This document shows positions 59,737-64,000 of a stretch of DNA of 64,000 bases, one piece after another. The translations under genes and the position numbers were made by a program. Origin of the DNA: Thelocarpon superellum. Its lineage: Eukaryota. The notes below the pieces were generated by a model that was not told the origin of the DNA, searched no databases, and saw only the letters and a program-made list of their open reading frames with translations. The stretch is taken from contig JAPEUG010000002.1 of NCBI GenBank assembly GCA_026025795.1, forward strand, positions 62,001 to 126,000, written 5' to 3'. The first letter of the stretch is position 1. Every line of letters begins with the position of its first letter.

Positions 59737-61501
59737 ATGAACGAAATCTTCGAAGAATTTCGGGAAGCGCAGACGTTAGGGTCAGGGCCTATGCTCGCGG
59801 GCACCCTCGAACCGCTTGCGCCTTTGTCAAGTCCAAATCGGCTCGTCGCCTTCAGTCGAAGCACCAATCATGTCGAGGTGCAGGCAGACTTCCGTATGCA
59901 GATCGTCTCCACCCCTTACGCCTCGTTCCGGCTTTCCAAGGCCGAAGGCAGTGCTTGGGTGGAGATCTTCGTCTGTTACTGGAAGGCCATGCACGAACTC
60001 GTGACCGGGACCGAGGCCGGTCACTCCACGAAAGATGGCGGATCGAACTGGTCGAAGATCTACGAGCTGTGGAAGGACATGACCAATGCCTTGATACGTG
60101 GCTACTCCAACGCCGGATTCGAAGCGTGGACGGTGCCGTGTCTCTATGTCGCGGGGAAGCACCTTCGCGTCTTTGCCAGCAGGGCGGATGAAGAAGCGAG
60201 ATCGAAGAAAGGAAACGTCACCTTCAGCGCGGGATACCAGGATGACGCGGTGGAAGATACTGGCAAAAATGACAAACTAGAGGACGCGGCACGGGTCCTC
60301 AATCGAATCTTTACCCTGTGCATTAGCGATCGGTATGTAGATGGCGAACCACAGCCTTTTTATCACCTGGCAACTGGCCCTCGGACTAAACCTGGTGGAC
60401 CAGGGCACCATTAGAGGAATCACGCAAGTGGGGCATCTACTACGCGACGAACCTGCTCTTCAAGACCTACTTCAAGGTGTGCAGGGTGGCTTATGCGACC
60501 GCGGTCCGACCTGCTGACTGCGTGTAGCTCAATTCAATTGGCTTGTCCAAGAACATCCTCCGTGCCTTGGACGCGGCGCAGAATGATCTGCCGCCGATGG
60601 ACAGCTTCCCCAAGTCCCACATCGTGACATTCAAGTATTACGTGGGCGTCATCCTGTTCCTGGAGGAAGAGTATGCCAAGGCGGAAGAACATCTGACGGA
60701 CGCGTGGAAGAAATGCCACAAGGATGCCAAAAGGAATCAGGAGTACGTTCCCACGGCCCTTTGGCTTAGGATAGCGCTGAGGCTTCTCTCCCGTGCCACA
60801 GACTCATCCTCACCTATCTCATCCCGACTCACCTCCTGACGACTAACACGCTCCCGTCTCCCTCCCTCCTGGCTCCATATCCCCACCTTCAGACCCTCTT
60901 CACTCCGCTGGCGACGTGCATCAAAAGGGGAGACCTGTACGGGTTTGACGCCGCACTGTCCGCGGGAGAAGAGGCCTTCGTCAAACGACGCATCTACCTG
61001 ACGCTCGAACGCGGACGCGACACTGCACTGCGCAATCTCCTCCGCAAGGTCTATCTCGCCGGAGAATTTGTACTACCCAAAGACGGGGTTGGGCCGGCTA
61101 AGCGACGCACACGGGTCCCCGTGGCTGAATTTGGCGCCGCCATTCGACTCGGCAGCCGCAAAACCGGTGACCGGATGGATACGGACGAGATTGAGTGTCT
61201 CCTGGCAAATATGATATACAAGGTGGGGCACCCTCTCCTCACTCCCGCCCGCACCAGTGTCTGCCCGGTTCGTGCGTTGCTTTTGCCTGGTCCATCATTT
61301 GGGTCTGAGGCATCAACATCGTGTCATCACCTATTCCGCCCAACCCTCTTCCTTCTGTCACGTGTTCTCCTTCGCTCTGAAGGTCAGGGAACTAATGAGG
61401 AGACCTCGTGGTAGAATCTAATGAAAGGCTACATCTCCCGGGAGCATGGGATCGTGGTCCTAAGCAACAAGGGGATCGCTTTCCCGGGAACGGGCGTCTG
61501 A
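59737..61501 (+). CDS. CSN12: PCI-domain protein Csn12/PCID2-like (multi-exon)
   Basis: [106 protein letters not shown]. Confidence 0.88.
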
Positions 61502-62141
61502 AATCCCGTGGCCACTTCGTGCCGCCCCCACCTCCTTTCAGCAGCACCGTCGGCAGAAGGAAATCGACGCTGAATTGACCTGGCGGTCGCGTTTGGCCCC
61601 ACAACCGCTATGACCGTCCAGGCGGGTGGAGGCAGGGAAGCACCCATTCTCGTGAGTACTACCACTGCTGTTGTGAAGCCACGAGCTGCATGGGTCCGGG
61701 CACGCCAGCTAGAAAGTCAGAGAGCAAATTAGCTGCGTGTGAGGCCTGATGGTGGTGGGCGGGGCTCCGAATGTGTACAGGTAGCTCCACGGGGCCCAGT
61801 GGCGTTTTACGCAGGTGGTTGTGGCTGCCATGGTCCCAGAGGAGTCCTGTCCATACGGCCGTGAGTGCGAGATAGCGGCGAAAAGAACCCTACTTTACGA
61901 TGCTACTGCGCCTGCTGGCCTTCTAGATGGTCGACTGATGGTTCCGGGAGCACAGGCATCAAATTCTCGTGCGTGATATCGTTCTGGAGTGGCAGCATTC
62001 GGCCGTCTCGCTAGTTGGCGAGTGCGGACCCGCCTGGCGATGCGCATACGTAGCCCGTAGGCTGCCCGGCTACGGGACCGCCACGTCGCTCCTTGGCGGC
62101 AGATGAGCCCACGGTCCGTACGGTCGTAACCGGGCACAAGC

Positions 62142-62768
62142 TCAGGCGTCAGCAGTGAACGCTCCTTTCAGCCATCGTGGCGAGGAGGCCTGGGCTGCGC
62201 TCACGCTCCCTTTGTCCCGCAGTGGGCTCGAAGCTTCCGGCGCTAAGTCGTTTGTGGCATCTTTCTCCTGGGCGGCTTCGTCTTCATCAGCAGCATCTTC
62301 CGGGCCATCTACATCAGTCGGCTGACCAATAGGCCCAGAAGCTTTGACCCATCCGGGTCGAATGTGACCCCGGGGCTTTGGATCGCACCTGTGCCTGCCT
62401 CCCTTCGACCTGGCCGCTGGTTGTGATCGTGACCACGAGTCTGCTCTCCTATACGGGAACCTGGCGCCAGCCTCACATTGGGGGGAGTGGCCTTGACCGG
62501 AAGCCGGAAAACCGCTACCCATGAGCTCTCGGAAGCGTCGAGCAAGCGAAACCTCAAGGTGACGGAAGTCTCGGAGGGAACTTTGGCCCGACACGGGACA
62601 GGAAGGCTTAGCATTCGTTATCCGCGGTCCCCGCTGCTAGCAACTACCAGAGAGCGAGCGATGGCAGGGGCATGGAGCTGGGCGATGAGCACCAATTCTG
62701 TATGTAGGACTGAGACTGTACGCTGCGCTGGTCTGGGGCATACATGTACTTACGGAGAGGGAGCGCAT
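62142..62768 (-). CDS. Candidate orphan gene (about 167 aa, 3 exons), no recognisable domain
   Basis: ATG at 62768. Introns 62698-62753 (GTAAGT...CAG) and 62581-62647 (GTAGTT...GCTAAG...AAG) both keep the frame into ORF 62142-62594. CT-rich leader upstream. Confidence 0.4.
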
Positions 62769-64000
62769 GGGCGTCGGGTAGGCCGAGGGACGACGCAATG
62801 CTTTGAGACGGAGGAAAAGGAAAGGGAAGGGGAAGCAGGCTGCTGAATGTTGGATGACTTCACTGCACGATATTGATACACACTCGCGAGATGTTTCACC
62901 ACTGTGCTCGTCCACATCTTGCGGAATAGCAGGGGCGTATTTCATTACCGGATCCCTAACGGGAGTTCTCCATCTAGGCGAGATATCACGAATACGGAGG
63001 ACTCGTACCGACCACTGCCCCTGCACGTGTTTGTGGATATTTCCATTCACCCATCCATCCATTCTTCTTCTGCACGCCCCGAGTATTCCTACTACTCATA
63101 CCCTACTCGTCTGGACGGGCGTCCTGATGCGTCTACAACACCTGTTCATCCAGTCTAGCTATAATTGACTAGCCAGCGGCCAAGTGTCGCCGGTGGGGGT
63201 GCGGCAGGTCGGGGCGCACGCTACGCTACGCTGTTCGTTCGACTCATCGTGTAAGTGAGTGAGTCACTCGTACCACCCCACGCCACAATTGTACCACACC
63301 ATATTACTCGTGCGTGAGACGGCGGTACGGGCATTGCTATTCTCCTTACTTGCTATTTAGCTATCTACATGCCGTGTTAGTAGGCTCCCGGAACTTCCCA
63401 CAGATGCAGCAGAACTGCACTTCGAATGAGTGCGGGCACACCTCGGGTGGCGAAGCTGACGCCGAAGCCACTGAACTGCAAAAGCCATGCCGAGCCATGG
63501 TCAAGCCAAGCTACGCTACGCTGCTTTCTAGTTCGTATGTTCCACGTGGACGTTGGTTCGGACGGCTACAGCGCCCTCTACAGCTCTAAATGTGTGGCGT
63601 TGCTACAAAAGCCGAGATGTTGTTTCTGCGGTGCTTACGATGCTGTACTAACCCCCCTGGGACTGACATCTCGTCTTATTGAAGAGGGTAGCTAGATCGG
63701 TCAATCGAGAGGTAGATCGGACACGGATGAGAAAGAAGCAGAAGGAGAAGAAGAAAGTAAGAAGAAGGCAGAGGTGGAACGTTATAATAGCGTCACAGTA
63801 AAGGCCTGCCTTCCTGCTTGCTTGTCTGCTTCCTGGCCCATTCCTACACTTCCTCGACCGTACAACGCCAGTGAAAGTTCCTGTTTTGTAGTAGTTGAGA
63901 TGGTGATACAGAGATGGTAGAGACGTTGTGAAGGCCGGCACCCTGCTCGTATTATGCCCTGAGTCATGTCCGGGTCAACGACGGGAAGCGCTATGCGAGG

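Noticed and set aside
63170..63250. GTTCGACTC B-box/T-loop-like motif suggesting a tRNA or SINE (also GGTTCGAAT at ~54369)
   Set aside because: No cloverleaf stems or convincing A-box could be built around either motif.

Overview
Gene-dense, GC-rich eukaryotic DNA from a filamentous ascomycete (Pezizomycotina-like), judged by short GT-AG introns with CTRAC/CTAAC branch points and fungal orthologues. I can support about 26 intron-containing or single-exon genes. Housekeeping genes: mitochondrial ThrRS and LysRS, TIM10, STB6, RMD5/GID2, a WDR89-like WD40 protein, HRD3/SEL1, BEM46, SDS22, PSR1, a PXA1-type peroxisomal ABC transporter, xylose reductase, SEC61-beta, RPL20 and CSN12. TIM10 and SEC61-beta are absent from the ORF track and were rebuilt by hand from exons. 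Accessory content: (i) a 9-kb block between the two mitochondrial synthetases holding an intact lipase(SesB-like)-NACHT-ankyrin NLR, a spliced gene that looks like a catalytically degenerate RNase III domain plus dsRBD, and a G/H/Q/N/Y-rich prion-like ORF; (ii) a stand-alone SRA/YDG protein; (iii) a DHA2 MFS efflux pump; (iv) a secreted Cys/Gly/Ser-rich protein; (v) a frameshifted sucrose-permease 3' fragment just behind the xylose reductase stop; (vi) a ~155-bp diverged dispersed repeat, several hairpins, and a 4-nt ATG micro-exon in RPL20. No tRNA, rRNA, CRISPR array or intact transposon was recognised. All calls come from manual reading and motif recognition, with no database search, so exon boundaries are approximate unless stated.
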